Shown here one piece after another: positions 24,933-34,548 of a stretch of DNA of 64,000 nucleotides. Source of the DNA: Candidatus Microgenomates bacterium (GTDB lineage: Bacteria; Patescibacteriota; Microgenomatia; Daviesbacterales; UBA10151); assembly GCA_016182045.1 (NCBI GenBank), contig JACOYE010000009.1:1328-65327 (forward strand). Direction: 5' to 3'. Both the position numbers and the translations under genes were made by a program. Below the pieces are notes generated by a model. The model was given only the letters and a program-made list of their open reading frames with translations. It ran no database searches and was not told where the DNA came from. Numbering within the stretch: the stretch's first letter is position 1; each line of letters starts with the position of its first letter.

Positions 24933-25709
24933 ATGGGAGTTATAAAGCCGCCATGGATTTCCAAAAGATGGTTTAATAAAGTTCCTTTTAATTACTGTGA
25001 TCATTTTGGTGATAAGAAGCAACTGGCCACTATCTGTAAAATTTGTGATGAAGAAATTAAAACAATAGAAAAATATAGAAGAGAAGGTAAGGATCCTTAT
25101 GTTTGGGAAAACGTTTTTAAAGAGGTAGCTAATGATTTGGCGGAATCAATAAGACTCCTTTACCAGGGAGCTAAGAAATGGGGAATAGATTTGGATGGCT
25201 TACCGGATGTGGAAGAACCTGAACTACCAAGGTCAGATACTTATCCAATTTATCGCTTAGTTACAAAATATAGTGATGGAGTAAGACAAATAATCAAAGA
25301 GCTTGAAGCTGTACCAATTGAGACCGATACTGAATTATTAGAAAAATCTGTTGACGTCTTAGCCCATTCTGAACACTACATTGTTGCTAAAATAGGCAGA
25401 GCCTTAAGTAGCAGATGGAGATGGAAAAATGACCCAATTTTGGATGATACCCATGATGATAAGACGTCAGCATTCCTGGCATTTGTTGCAATAGAGAGAA
25501 ATTCAAGAGCTCTTCTTGCACTCTCTAAACACAAACCCCTAGGGCACTTAAGAACAAAAAATCTTAAACTGGCAAAGTTGAGTTTAGAGCTTTGCAGTGT
25601 GATCAAAGAAGAATTTTTCCCTGAATATAAATTAAATTATGAAGAATTTGGAGTCGAAGAATTAGATGTTTACCTGAAACGCCTTGGATCCATTGATTTA
25701 AATCATTAG
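24933..25709 (+). CDS. hypothetical protein with an N-terminal Cys cluster
   Basis: CDHFGDKKQLATICKICDEE. Helical, no recognisable family. Its last codons are encoded by motif copy 3. Confidence 0.45.
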   Translation: MGVIKPPWISKRWFNKVPFNYCDHFGDKKQLATICKICDEEIKTIEKYRREGKDPYVWENVFKEVANDLAESIRLLYQGAKKWGIDLDGLPDVEEPELPRSDTYPIYRLVTKYSDGVRQIIKELEAVPIETDTELLEKSVDVLAHSEHYIVAKIGRALSSRWRWKNDPILDDTHDDKTSAFLAFVAIERNSRALLALSKHKPLGHLRTKNLKLAKLSLELCSVIKEEFFPEYKLNYEEFGVEELDVYLKRLGSIDLNH

Positions 25710-25713
25710 AACA
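25689..25713. promoter_or_regulatory. palindromic operator-like motif, copy 3
   Basis: tccattgatttaaatcattagaaca overlaps the stop codon of 24933..25709. Confidence 0.5.
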
Positions 25714-25756
25714 TTTATAGACAATCCTTATCTTACTTATTCTTAAAAGAATACTA

Positions 25757-26641
25757 TTAATGACCCAGTTTCTCTTCCCACCAAACTAAAAGAGCTGTGG
25801 CATTAAAGATGGAGGAATAAGTTCCGGAGATGATCCCTATCAATAAGGCCACCACAAACCACCTAATGGTTTCCCCACCAAAAAGTAAAAGAGCTACCAA
25901 AACAAATACCACTGTCAGTGATGTGTTTAGGGACCTACCAAGTGTTTGAACAACAGATATATTGACAACATCAATAAATTTCTTGCCAATATTTTTTATT
26001 AAATTTTCTCTAATTCTATCAAACACCACAATGGTATCGTGAACCGAAAAGCCAATGATAGTTAAAAGCGCTGTTACAAAAAGAGTATCCACTTCAACAC
26101 CTAAAAATTTTCCCAAAATGGCGAATGCTCCTACTACTATTAAAACATCATGCAATAATGCCGCAATGGCGGCAATTCCAAATCTTAGGGAAGAAGTAGG
26201 TTTGGGAACTTTTCTAAAGGAAAATGAAATGTATAAAACAATGGCAATACTAGTTAAAATTAAAGCATAAATTGCCTTCTGACGAAGTTCAGATCCGATC
26301 ACCGGCCCCACATTCTCCACCCTTCTTTCCTCTATCTCACCATAATTTTTTGCCAAGCTGGTCTTGATAGCATCAAGTTGATCCTGCTCTAAAGGTTTTG
26401 TTCGAACAATATAGATATTCTTGCCTGCACTTGTTATTTGCCCGATTCCCACTCCCTTCTCTTCCACCACCTTTTTTAAATCTTCTACTTTAACTTCCTT
26501 TTCGATCTTGTATTCCAAGAGTGCCCCACCGGTAAAATCGATCCCCAATTTTAAACCCCCACTCATAAGAAAATAAAGACCTGGCAAAATCATCAGAAAG
26601 GAAAATATGAAGTACCAAATTTTATATCTCATCAAGTTCAT
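25757..26641 (-). CDS. secF: protein-export membrane protein SecF
   Basis: SecF signature GIDFTGG and the SecD/SecF TM topology. Confidence 0.8.
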   Translation of the reverse strand: MNLMRYKIWYFIFSFLMILPGLYFLMSGGLKLGIDFTGGALLEYKIEKEVKVEDLKKVVEEKGVGIGQITSAGKNIYIVRTKPLEQDQLDAIKTSLAKNYGEIEERRVENVGPVIGSELRQKAIYALILTSIAIVLYISFSFRKVPKPTSSLRFGIAAIAALLHDVLIVVGAFAILGKFLGVEVDTLFVTALLTIIGFSVHDTIVVFDRIRENLIKNIGKKFIDVVNISVVQTLGRSLNTSLTVVFVLVALLLFGGETIRWFVVALLIGIISGTYSSIFNATALLVWWEEKLGH

Positions 26642-26967
26642 TTTTTTTCTTTTTGACCTTTTTGTATATCTTCATGAAGCTCATTAATCAACCCATCTGC
26701 TGCTTTTTTAATTTTTTCCTCAATATTGTCCACTTTCTCATTCAAAAATTGCCATATCTTATCATGATCATCTTCATGAACATGTTTTAAAAATAATCTT
26801 TTATCTTCCTCTGCAAGTTGCGATAAAATTGCATCCAATATGGTGTGATGCAAGCTGGAGTCTATTAAATGAGCAAGATGTATTCTCTCCTCATCAGTTA
26901 AATCAAGCTTATCTAACTCGGCGGTGATAGTTTCTATTTTAACAATATGACTATAAAACTGTTTCAT
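26638..26967 (-). CDS. hypothetical acidic helical protein
   Basis: 109-aa ORF overlapping the secF start by 4 nt. No recognisable family. Confidence 0.4.
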   Translation of the reverse strand: MKQFYSHIVKIETITAELDKLDLTDEERIHLAHLIDSSLHHTILDAILSQLAEEDKRLFLKHVHEDDHDKIWQFLNEKVDNIEEKIKKAADGLINELHEDIQKGQKEKK

Positions 26968-27869
26968 GCTTCAGACTCCACTTTAATAGGACCTAAAGGG
27001 ATCTTATCTTGCGGATCATCAATAAAAAAGTACAATACAGGACCTTTCCTCATACCATGTGACAACCCTAAAAAATGCATCACCTCAGGAGAACCCCCCA
27101 AATGCTTACCAGTCCACTCTGCTGGTCCGGCATCACCCACAACTGCCACCACAGACTGACCTGTTTTGGGATTTACCACCAGCATTTTTCTAAATTTAAA
27201 AAAATCTCTGTATTTGGGGAAATTTTCTGCAAAACCTGGAGCCAAAAAAGTTTGAATTGCCAAATAGAACCTTTCTCTTTCTTTGTCTGCTTGGGAAAAT
27301 TCCTGTTTGGAAGGAGCAAAATATCCCCAGGCTCCCAGTCCCGGAGCCATACCGGATGAGCCAAACATGGCCCAATCGGATGTGTTTTCGGCATGAGCAT
27401 ATAAATTATCCCCAGGATAGCGATAAAGATGTTGCTCTCCTCCTATTAAGCCGTAATTTCTATTTAACTTGATACCTTCTAACTGGGCTGTTACTTTCAT
27501 ACCAAAACTTTTAGACAATAAATCTGTAATTGCTTCCTCATCCTTGGGATCGAACGGCCGAACTTCTTTAGGTACTATCTCATTAAGTTGAGCGGCCAAC
27601 AATAAATTTTGATCAAAACCTTTTAAGATATCATCCCTACTAACAGCCAGATTAGCTGCCGGTAAGCTATGTTGTGGAGGAGCAGTTAAAAGCAGTAATC
27701 CACCCAAAGAGCCAAGAGCCAATTTTTGAGGGGAGATATTTTTTGACAGCCAATTCAAAGACTGGTGATGTTTTTCCCACAGCTTTTGTTGGATGTTGCG
27801 GTGTTTAGCCACCCATTTTTTACGCAATCTCTCATAGTGTGGCCTTTTAGATATAAATGATTTTGCCAT
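26964..27869 (-). CDS. membrane-anchored protein with RlpA-like double-psi beta-barrel (DPBB) C-terminal region
   Basis: N-terminal TM segment; C-terminal VVAVVGDAGPAEWTGKHLGGSPEVMHFLG resembles the RlpA / 3D-domain core. Confidence 0.4.
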   Translation of the reverse strand: MAKSFISKRPHYERLRKKWVAKHRNIQQKLWEKHHQSLNWLSKNISPQKLALGSLGGLLLLTAPPQHSLPAANLAVSRDDILKGFDQNLLLAAQLNEIVPKEVRPFDPKDEEAITDLLSKSFGMKVTAQLEGIKLNRNYGLIGGEQHLYRYPGDNLYAHAENTSDWAMFGSSGMAPGLGAWGYFAPSKQEFSQADKERERFYLAIQTFLAPGFAENFPKYRDFFKFRKMLVVNPKTGQSVVAVVGDAGPAEWTGKHLGGSPEVMHFLGLSHGMRKGPVLYFFIDDPQDKIPLGPIKVESEA

Positions 27870-27873
27870 ATTT

Positions 27874-29175
27874 TTATTTAATAATTAACCTTAGAAAGGT
27901 TCTTGTTACTACAATTGCTGTAAACATAGACACTAATACCCCAATTGCCAAAGTAACGGCAAAACCTCTAATGATGGATGTCCCAAACAAATACAAGATG
28001 ATGGCCGTAATTATAGAGGAAACATTTGATGCCCAAATTGAGGACCAAGCCCTTTTAAATCCCAAATCCAAGGCTAAACTCTTACTTTTACCCCACCTTA
28101 TTTCCTCTTTCATCCTCTCAAATATTAAAATATTGGCATCAACTGCCATGCCTATTGATAAAATAAATCCGGCAATTCCTGCCAAAGTTAAGGTAATGGG
28201 AGGTAGAATAAAAAGCCCTGTTTTAAAAATTGCCAAAACCAAACCAGTATAAATCAGCAATGCCATATCAGCAACTATCCCCAAAAATCCATAAAAAATG
28301 GCCATATAGATTATCACAATACCAAGCCCGATAATACCAGCCACCAAACTTTTGTTGACTGACTCCTGACCCAAAGTTGGCCCGATCAGTCTTTGCTCTA
28401 AAATTCTAATCGGTACAGGTAAGGCCCCCGCATTTAGCTGAATTACCAATTCTTTAGCTTCTTGACTGGTAAATTGTCCTGTAATCACGGCTGAGCCTCC
28501 CACAATTTCCTGCCTCACAGTAGGTGCAGAAATTGGTTGACCATCCAGAAAAATCGGTAGGGCATTGCCAATGTTTCTTCTGGTAATTTCGGTAAATTTT
28601 TCGGCACCATCAGCAGTAAATTCAATGGCAACTTGCGGGCCGGATCCTCCCCCTTCAACTGTTCCAAAAGTGACTTGAGCTTTTTTTAAATCCGCCCCAG
28701 TCAAACCAGTTTCCCTACTTAAAAATATTAAAGGAATTCCAGATTTAGTAGCTTCTGTTTCTTGAGCAGATAAAGTAGCTGGTAATTCTCTAAATTCCAG
28801 CTGTGCTGTTTTACCCACTAAATTTGCAGCAGCTGAGGCATCTTTGATACCGGGCAGTTCCACCAAAATTCTTCTTTCGTCCCTAACTTTAGAACTTTGA
28901 ACTACCGCTTCTGACACTCCGAATAAATTTACTCTTCTTTCAATCACTTTTCTGGCAGATTCTAACGCATCATCTCTGTTTTGAGAATCAATCTTGTCCA
29001 TCTGGGTACCTAAAATCAGTTGCGTACCACCTTGTAAATCCAGACCCAATTTTAGAGGAAAACTTAACTCAAACTGTTTATCTAAAATCCGGATAGTGGG
29101 TAATTTTGGAAGATTTATGATTAAAGACAATAGGGTTATACCAACGATAACCCACGGCAAAATCTTATACTTCAT
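27874..29175 (-). CDS. secD: protein-export membrane protein SecD
   Basis: LGLDLQGGTQL motif, periplasmic P1 head and SecD TM bundle. Confidence 0.8.
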   Translation of the reverse strand: MKYKILPWVIVGITLLSLIINLPKLPTIRILDKQFELSFPLKLGLDLQGGTQLILGTQMDKIDSQNRDDALESARKVIERRVNLFGVSEAVVQSSKVRDERRILVELPGIKDASAAANLVGKTAQLEFRELPATLSAQETEATKSGIPLIFLSRETGLTGADLKKAQVTFGTVEGGGSGPQVAIEFTADGAEKFTEITRRNIGNALPIFLDGQPISAPTVRQEIVGGSAVITGQFTSQEAKELVIQLNAGALPVPIRILEQRLIGPTLGQESVNKSLVAGIIGLGIVIIYMAIFYGFLGIVADMALLIYTGLVLAIFKTGLFILPPITLTLAGIAGFILSIGMAVDANILIFERMKEEIRWGKSKSLALDLGFKRAWSSIWASNVSSIITAIILYLFGTSIIRGFAVTLAIGVLVSMFTAIVVTRTFLRLIIK

Positions 29176-29178
29176 TTC

Positions 29179-29775
29179 TTAAGCAATCACCCCTTCTAAT
29201 AACTCGTCTTCATCCCCCAAAAGCATCACCTTTGGTTGAACCAACACCCTTAAGATAAACGGATCTCTTCTTTTGACTCTAAATTTGAATTCAGCTTCAT
29301 CCATAAAAGAATAGTTAATCTCTGATTCTTTCTTGGCCTGTTCATCGGCAATGATGGCTTGCAGCTCGGGCAAGACAATGCTACCTACCACCAGAAGATC
29401 AACGTCCTCGGCAGAAGATTCCCCACCTTTTAAAAACCTGGTCGATATAAATGCGAACTTTATTTTGCCCAGTTTGGCTTTACTCTTGACAAGATTACCA
29501 CCTAACCCAGAAGTTTTTGCCACCATCCCCAAAAGCTCTCGGTAAAAAATATAATCCTTGCGAAATCGATATAATCTTCTATTGGCTCTCCATTCGGAGG
29601 AGACCACTCCATATTTCTCCATCCTTCCTAGCTCTCGTCGTACTGCATTAATCTCCTCTGAAACCCGGCGAACTATCTCACGCACATGAAATAACTGTTG
29701 GGGAGAAGTTAAAAAAAGCTGCAGTATTTTTACCCGGACTCTTGAGATAAATAATTCTTCTAACATTTTCACCAC
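29179..29775 (-). CDS. winged-helix transcriptional regulator with nucleotidyltransferase-like C-terminal region
   Basis: N-terminal wHTH (SRVRVKILQLF...VREIV). The C-terminal region carries a DVDLLVVGS pattern. Confidence 0.4.
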   Translation of the reverse strand: MVKMLEELFISRVRVKILQLFLTSPQQLFHVREIVRRVSEEINAVRRELGRMEKYGVVSSEWRANRRLYRFRKDYIFYRELLGMVAKTSGLGGNLVKSKAKLGKIKFAFISTRFLKGGESSAEDVDLLVVGSIVLPELQAIIADEQAKKESEINYSFMDEAEFKFRVKRRDPFILRVLVQPKVMLLGDEDELLEGVIA

Positions 29776-29790
29776 CTTTCTAGGCAGCGT

Positions 29791-30984
29791 TTAATAATTA
29801 ACCTTGGATCCCTCCGGGACAGTTTGAATCCAAATTTGCCCTCTGTTAAATTCAATCTCTTTACCATCCTCATCCACATACTTAGTTCTGGCGGTTCTGG
29901 AATTTTTAATCCATCTGCCTTCTATCACATTTCCATCCTGAAAAATTAAAACCCGACCTTGTCCAGTTGTTTTATAAAGCAGATGCACATTACCGGGATA
30001 ACCGTCATTGGCATTGGACTCCCGCATAAATTGCACCACAATATTTTTGGCAGTTAATTGTTGTTTATTATTCAGATCTATATGATCCTCACCATTCTTC
30101 CTTTTATATGAATTGGTGGCTGCATCATAATTCCACTCCACCTGATAATTTGGTTGGCTTTCCCAGAAATTAACCGTGATTTTGGAAGTTGTACCACCAC
30201 CCTTATCTTCCTTAAATTTCCAAGGAGCAAAATTCTTGTCCCATCTAATATTTGCAGAATCTGTGGCTACCCAACCTCTTTTGGCTCCCACCTCCCAAAG
30301 TTTAGCTGTTGTGGAATACATGGTATGTTCTGTGGCAACTGGATGACCCAATCTTTGATAATCGCGCCAAAATACAGGAAATCCTATACTAAATTGGTTT
30401 AGGTCTTTAATCCCATATCTTATTATTTGTCCCAGAGCATCAGCGGGACCTGGAGTGTTGGCTCCCCCAACATGGGCATACAGAGCATCATATTCAGACA
30501 GCCAATCAAGATAATAAGTCCTTGCTGATCTAACAGGGCCGACCTGAACATCTGACAGATTACAATAAAATAGTGCCATAAAGCGGGTAATACCACCTTC
30601 TGCTACAGCCTCATAAATAATATCAGCAGCTGTCAGGCCAGATTGTGGCCGTGCCTCGGTGTGATTTTCAATCATCACCGCCAAAGGACGTCTCTTTTCC
30701 CAAAACTCCTTGGCCTTTTTGGTATGTAACTCTCCATCCAAGGGACAGCCTTCCGTTCTGGGTTCATTTGGATCTTCTTCAAAAGCAGCAGTAGGTCCAG
30801 GTAAGACAGCTTTAAAATCTGCACCACCGTTTCTAACAGAAGGTGCCAGTTTATTAAAGATGGAATAGGATAAAGAGGTGGAGGTACTGAAGGCCACCAC
30901 TGCCAGGATGATTAAGACTAAAATCTTTTGTAAATTTGTTAACTCCCCAAAGGTTTCGGAAAAATTATTTATGACATTATTCAT
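29791..30984 (-). CDS. DUF3048 (YerB-like) lipoprotein/secreted protein
   Basis: PLAVMIEN...ARPQSGL..ADIIYEA.AEGGITRF is characteristic of DUF3048. Confidence 0.65.
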   Translation of the reverse strand: MNNVINNFSETFGELTNLQKILVLIILAVVAFSTSTSLSYSIFNKLAPSVRNGGADFKAVLPGPTAAFEEDPNEPRTEGCPLDGELHTKKAKEFWEKRRPLAVMIENHTEARPQSGLTAADIIYEAVAEGGITRFMALFYCNLSDVQVGPVRSARTYYLDWLSEYDALYAHVGGANTPGPADALGQIIRYGIKDLNQFSIGFPVFWRDYQRLGHPVATEHTMYSTTAKLWEVGAKRGWVATDSANIRWDKNFAPWKFKEDKGGGTTSKITVNFWESQPNYQVEWNYDAATNSYKRKNGEDHIDLNNKQQLTAKNIVVQFMRESNANDGYPGNVHLLYKTTGQGRVLIFQDGNVIEGRWIKNSRTARTKYVDEDGKEIEFNRGQIWIQTVPEGSKVNY

Positions 30985-31447
30985 CTTTTTGCCTCATCGC
31001 CTCATCAATCACCTGTTGTTCCTCTTTGGAAAACTGATATTTTTCAGCCTTTCCTTTAATAACCGGCTTGGCAAATACTCTGGTACTAGATCTGGCATGC
31101 AAACTGGTCACAATAATTCCTGTCCCTCCGTTATCTAATAAGGCAACTGAAAAACTCTGATCCCCTCCTGTATCTTCATAAGGGTTATAGCGTAAAAGCT
31201 CTACCTTTTGTATATGTATCAAGCTTTGTTTATCAAGCTGAAATAATTTACCTTCCAGTTCACCCAACTGATCCTTAAAATTTGTAACTGCCTTAGTTAT
31301 CTCTTCAAATTTTTTCCTGATATCTCTTTCGCCTGATTTTGGAAAAAGAGATTTCAAAAAACCTCTTAATTGCCAGATTAAAAAACTCAAAACCAAAAGC
31401 CAAACAAAAACTGCCAAAAGCAGCAACCAAACCCAATCCGAATACAT
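30977..31447 (-). CDS. DUF4446-family membrane-anchored protein
   Basis: N-terminal TM segment; RYNPYEDTGGDQSFSVALLD...TSLH matches DUF4446. Confidence 0.55.
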   Translation of the reverse strand: MYSDWVWLLLLAVFVWLLVLSFLIWQLRGFLKSLFPKSGERDIRKKFEEITKAVTNFKDQLGELEGKLFQLDKQSLIHIQKVELLRYNPYEDTGGDQSFSVALLDNGGTGIIVTSLHARSSTRVFAKPVIKGKAEKYQFSKEEQQVIDEAMRQKDE

Positions 31448-31615
31448 AAGTTACTCTTTTAATATACTGGATGAATACAAACTTTGTCAACCACAACTAT
31501 GTAAACTAGTTGTGGTCAATGAAGGATTTTTAAAAGCAAAATGGAGGCTGTACTAAACAAATCCTGCGTAAATCTTCCGATCCGGGATCGGAATAGATAT
31601 AACGAAACGGTATTC

Positions 31616-32017
31616 TTAAAGTAATTTAACAAATTTAAATTTGGTTTGTTTGATAAACTGTTCATCTGCTGTTATCAGTATTGTCCCATTAGCTTTGGCC
31701 ACAACTGCATATAACATATCATAAACAGAAGTTTTATATTTTTTAGCCAGTCTTGCTGCTTCTTTTACATCATCCTCTGTAGGGTGGTATATTTCAATTT
31801 GTGTTTTATAAATTATGGTTATAGACCTTGTAACTGCTCGTTGAGGAATAGTTGCTTTCGTAGCCAAAGTATTTGCCACTTCATATAAAAGAAGGTCTAA
31901 AGAGATGATTCGCTCAAGTCCATCTGAATGATTTTGAAATATTTCTTTTACCTTTATATGACCTTCTTCGTAGGGTAAAACTAGCTTATTAGCTACTGAT
32001 GCATCAATTACAATCAT
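31616..32017 (-). CDS. vapC: PIN-domain toxin VapC
   Basis: MIVIDASVA... with PIN-domain acidic residues. Overlaps the upstream antitoxin by 4 nt. Confidence 0.7.
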   Translation of the reverse strand: MIVIDASVANKLVLPYEEGHIKVKEIFQNHSDGLERIISLDLLLYEVANTLATKATIPQRAVTRSITIIYKTQIEIYHPTEDDVKEAARLAKKYKTSVYDMLYAVVAKANGTILITADEQFIKQTKFKFVKLL

Positions 32018-32304
32018 TCTTGATATCTTATTTCTCTTAAGGCTTTAACTGAATCGAAGCCCTTAGTGTATTTTGCATTTTCCTTTGCCACCTCTTCGAT
32101 TTCTTTCATCAACTGTTGAGTCCTTTCTTCCCCTCCTTGAGCGGTTTTAGACTCAACTACTTTTTCACCAGCTTCACGCAAAACTTTCGCCAAGCTTTTC
32201 TTTTCCTTAGCAGCTTTAATCTTTAGCTTGGTATGCAGCTCTTCAGGTAATCTAATATGAGTAGCAATCCAATTCATAATAGTGGTACTATTGTACCATA
32301 GCAA
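32014..32304 (-). CDS. vapB: ribbon-helix-helix antitoxin (VapB-like)
   Basis: RLPEELHTKLKIKAAKEKKSLAKVL is RHH-like. It precedes and overlaps vapC. The real start is probably the internal MNWIAT. Confidence 0.6.
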   Translation of the reverse strand: MLWYNSTTIMNWIATHIRLPEELHTKLKIKAAKEKKSLAKVLREAGEKVVESKTAQGGEERTQQLMKEIEEVAKENAKYTKGFDSVKALREIRYQE

Positions 32305-32394
32305 TATATTTTGTCAACCCAACGATTAGTTTTATCTCATAGTTTTAGGTTCAATTGGTGCTTGACAAGCGTGCATCGTGCGTGGTAGGCTCAA

Positions 32395-32739
32395 GTGTGC
32401 GTACTGGAATCTAACATGGCTATCCAGCAAACCAAGAAACAATCTGATTTGGAGAAAAGATTAAGGCTTCTTCGTCAACAAGTCTATGGGAAAGTTTCAG
32501 AACACTCTGAAAACTCAGTAAACCAGAGGGTCAGAAAGCCGGATAATCTGACTCTCAGATATTCTGATACACTAATTTCATCTGGTACTCCGAGTCATTC
32601 TGAACCATTCCGATCTGACATCACCTATCTTCGCCATGACCTTATCAAGATTGGTACGCTGGCCACTTTAGCTTTCGGTATCCAAGCAATCCTTTATTAT
32701 TTTTTACAAAATCATATAGTGAATTTAAATTTCTTTTGA
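32395..32739 (+). CDS. hypothetical protein with a C-terminal TM segment
   Basis: ORF with no recognisable family. Confidence 0.35.
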   Translation: MCVLESNMAIQQTKKQSDLEKRLRLLRQQVYGKVSEHSENSVNQRVRKPDNLTLRYSDTLISSGTPSHSEPFRSDITYLRHDLIKIGTLATLAFGIQAILYYFLQNHIVNLNFF

Positions 32740-32758
32740 GAGGAGGTGATATTACTTT

Positions 32759-32896
32759 ATGCAAATGTATTGCGTCAAATGCCGCACCAAAAGAGATGCT
32801 GAAAACGTTCAACAAGTTACCATGAAAAATGGCAAGAAAGCCTCAAAAGGTACTTGTCCGGTTTGTGGCACCTCAATGTTTAGAATTGGCGGCTAA
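32759..32896 (+). CDS. unannotated 45-aa C4 zinc-ribbon protein (DUF5679-like)
   Basis: Not in the ORF track because it is under 60 aa. RBS GAGGAGGTG lies 11 nt upstream. Translation is MQMYCVKCRTKRDAENVQQVTMKNGKKASKGTCPVCGTSMFRIGG*, with CxxC...CxxC. A terminator follows. Confidence 0.6.
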   Translation: MQMYCVKCRTKRDAENVQQVTMKNGKKASKGTCPVCGTSMFRIGG

Positions 32897-32930
32897 TTTA
32901 AGTGGTGAATGCATTCATCATTTCGATAGT

Positions 32931-32958
32931 CCCGCACCAGATGGTGCGGGATTTTCGT
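32931..32958 (+). terminator. intrinsic terminator
   Basis: CCCGCACC-AGAT-GGTGCGGG followed by ATTTTCGT. Confidence 0.6.
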
Positions 32959-32962
32959 GGCT

Positions 32963-34495
32963 TTAGGATTCATCTCTGGCCCGATACTGTAGTGCCTCAG
33001 CTATATGTTCGGTTAGAATATTTTCTGAAGAAGCCAAATCAGCAATTGTTCTTGCCAGTTTCAAAACTCTATGATAACCTCTGGCAGATAGATTCAAAGA
33101 AGAGATGGCCATTTTTAAAAGCTCTAATCCATCTTGGGTAATGGAACAATACTCCTTTATATCCTGATTGCTCATTTCCGAATTAGTTAAAATCCTACCT
33201 TTAAATCTATCTTGTTGAATTTTTCTTGCACCCCTCACCTTATCTCTGATTGTTTTAGAATCTTCTGCCACCAATTCGGCAGATAATTTATCCACCTCCA
33301 CTGCAGGTACTTCTAAATAGATATCAATCCGATCCAAGAGAGGTCCAGAAATCCTACGTTTATATTTGGCAATCTGTCCTGGCATACAGCTACAAGAGCG
33401 TTTTCTATCTCCCAAGAAACCACAAGGGCAGGGATTTTGAGCGGCCATCAGGATAAATTGGGCGGGAAAAGTCAAAGATCCTGAGGCACGAGAAATGGTG
33501 ATTTTATGATCCTCTAGAGGTTGGCGTAAGCTTTCCAAGACCTGCCGCGGGAACTCCGGCAACTCATCCATAAATAAAACTCCTCTGTGAGCCAAAGATA
33601 TCTCTCCAGGTCTTGGGGAATTTCCACCACCAATTAAACCTATATGAGAAGCGCTATGATGAGGTGATCTGAAGGGACGAGTAGTAATAAGTGATAAGCC
33701 ATTTGGCAAAAGTCCTGCAATAGAATAAATTTTGGTAGCTTCAATTGCCTCGGAAAAAGTTAAGGGAGGTAAAATGGAAGGAAAAGCTCTGGCAAGCATA
33801 GTTTTACCGGCACCTGGCGGACCTTTTAGTAAAATATTGTGTCCGCCGGCCGCCGCAATCTCTAAGGCCCTTTTGGCCTGTTCTTGTCCTTTGATCTGAG
33901 AAAAATCATATTCATAATTTAAATCATCATCTAAATTGAGTGGCGGTTTAGGAATTGGTTTTATGAATTCCTGTCCCAAAAGTATCTTGATCACCTGCTG
34001 TAAAGAATTGGGGGCAAAAACTTTAATTCCTTCAATGATGGCTGCCTCTCCTCCATTTTCTTTGGGAACTAAAATATTTTTGAAACCGATCTCTTTTGCC
34101 AGAATTGCCAATGGTAAAATGCCATGTGTTTTTCTCAATGTCCCATCTAAAGATACTTCACCAACCACCAAAGTTTCATTAAGATTCAAAGAAGAATTTT
34201 GATGAATAATTTGACCTGACGATAAAAGTAAACCCAAAGCTATTGGCAAATCAAAGTAGGGTCCTTCTTTTGGTAAATCTGCAGGAGCTAAATTAACAGT
34301 GATCTTTTTAGCTGGGAACTCTATGTCACAATTTCTGATGGCAGATCTGACTCTTTCTTTAGACTCCTCGACTGCTCGATCAGCTAAACCGACTATGGTA
34401 AATGAAGGTAAACCTTTAGAGGCTATATCAACTTCAACAGTGACTGTTATGGCATCTAGTCCAACGTTAGCGCCAGAAAAAATTTTGGCAAACAT
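32963..34495 (-). CDS. comM: YifB/ComM-family Mg-chelatase-like AAA+ ATPase
   Basis: N-terminal MFAKIFSGANVGLDAITVTVEVD, Walker A GPPGAGKT, and a ChlI-like C-terminal region. Confidence 0.8.
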   Translation of the reverse strand: MFAKIFSGANVGLDAITVTVEVDIASKGLPSFTIVGLADRAVEESKERVRSAIRNCDIEFPAKKITVNLAPADLPKEGPYFDLPIALGLLLSSGQIIHQNSSLNLNETLVVGEVSLDGTLRKTHGILPLAILAKEIGFKNILVPKENGGEAAIIEGIKVFAPNSLQQVIKILLGQEFIKPIPKPPLNLDDDLNYEYDFSQIKGQEQAKRALEIAAAGGHNILLKGPPGAGKTMLARAFPSILPPLTFSEAIEATKIYSIAGLLPNGLSLITTRPFRSPHHSASHIGLIGGGNSPRPGEISLAHRGVLFMDELPEFPRQVLESLRQPLEDHKITISRASGSLTFPAQFILMAAQNPCPCGFLGDRKRSCSCMPGQIAKYKRRISGPLLDRIDIYLEVPAVEVDKLSAELVAEDSKTIRDKVRGARKIQQDRFKGRILTNSEMSNQDIKEYCSITQDGLELLKMAISSLNLSARGYHRVLKLARTIADLASSENILTEHIAEALQYRARDES

Positions 34496-34548
34496 TTATC
34501 TTAGTATATAATAAACTGAAATTTTGGAGAATAATTGAAGTAAAAATA

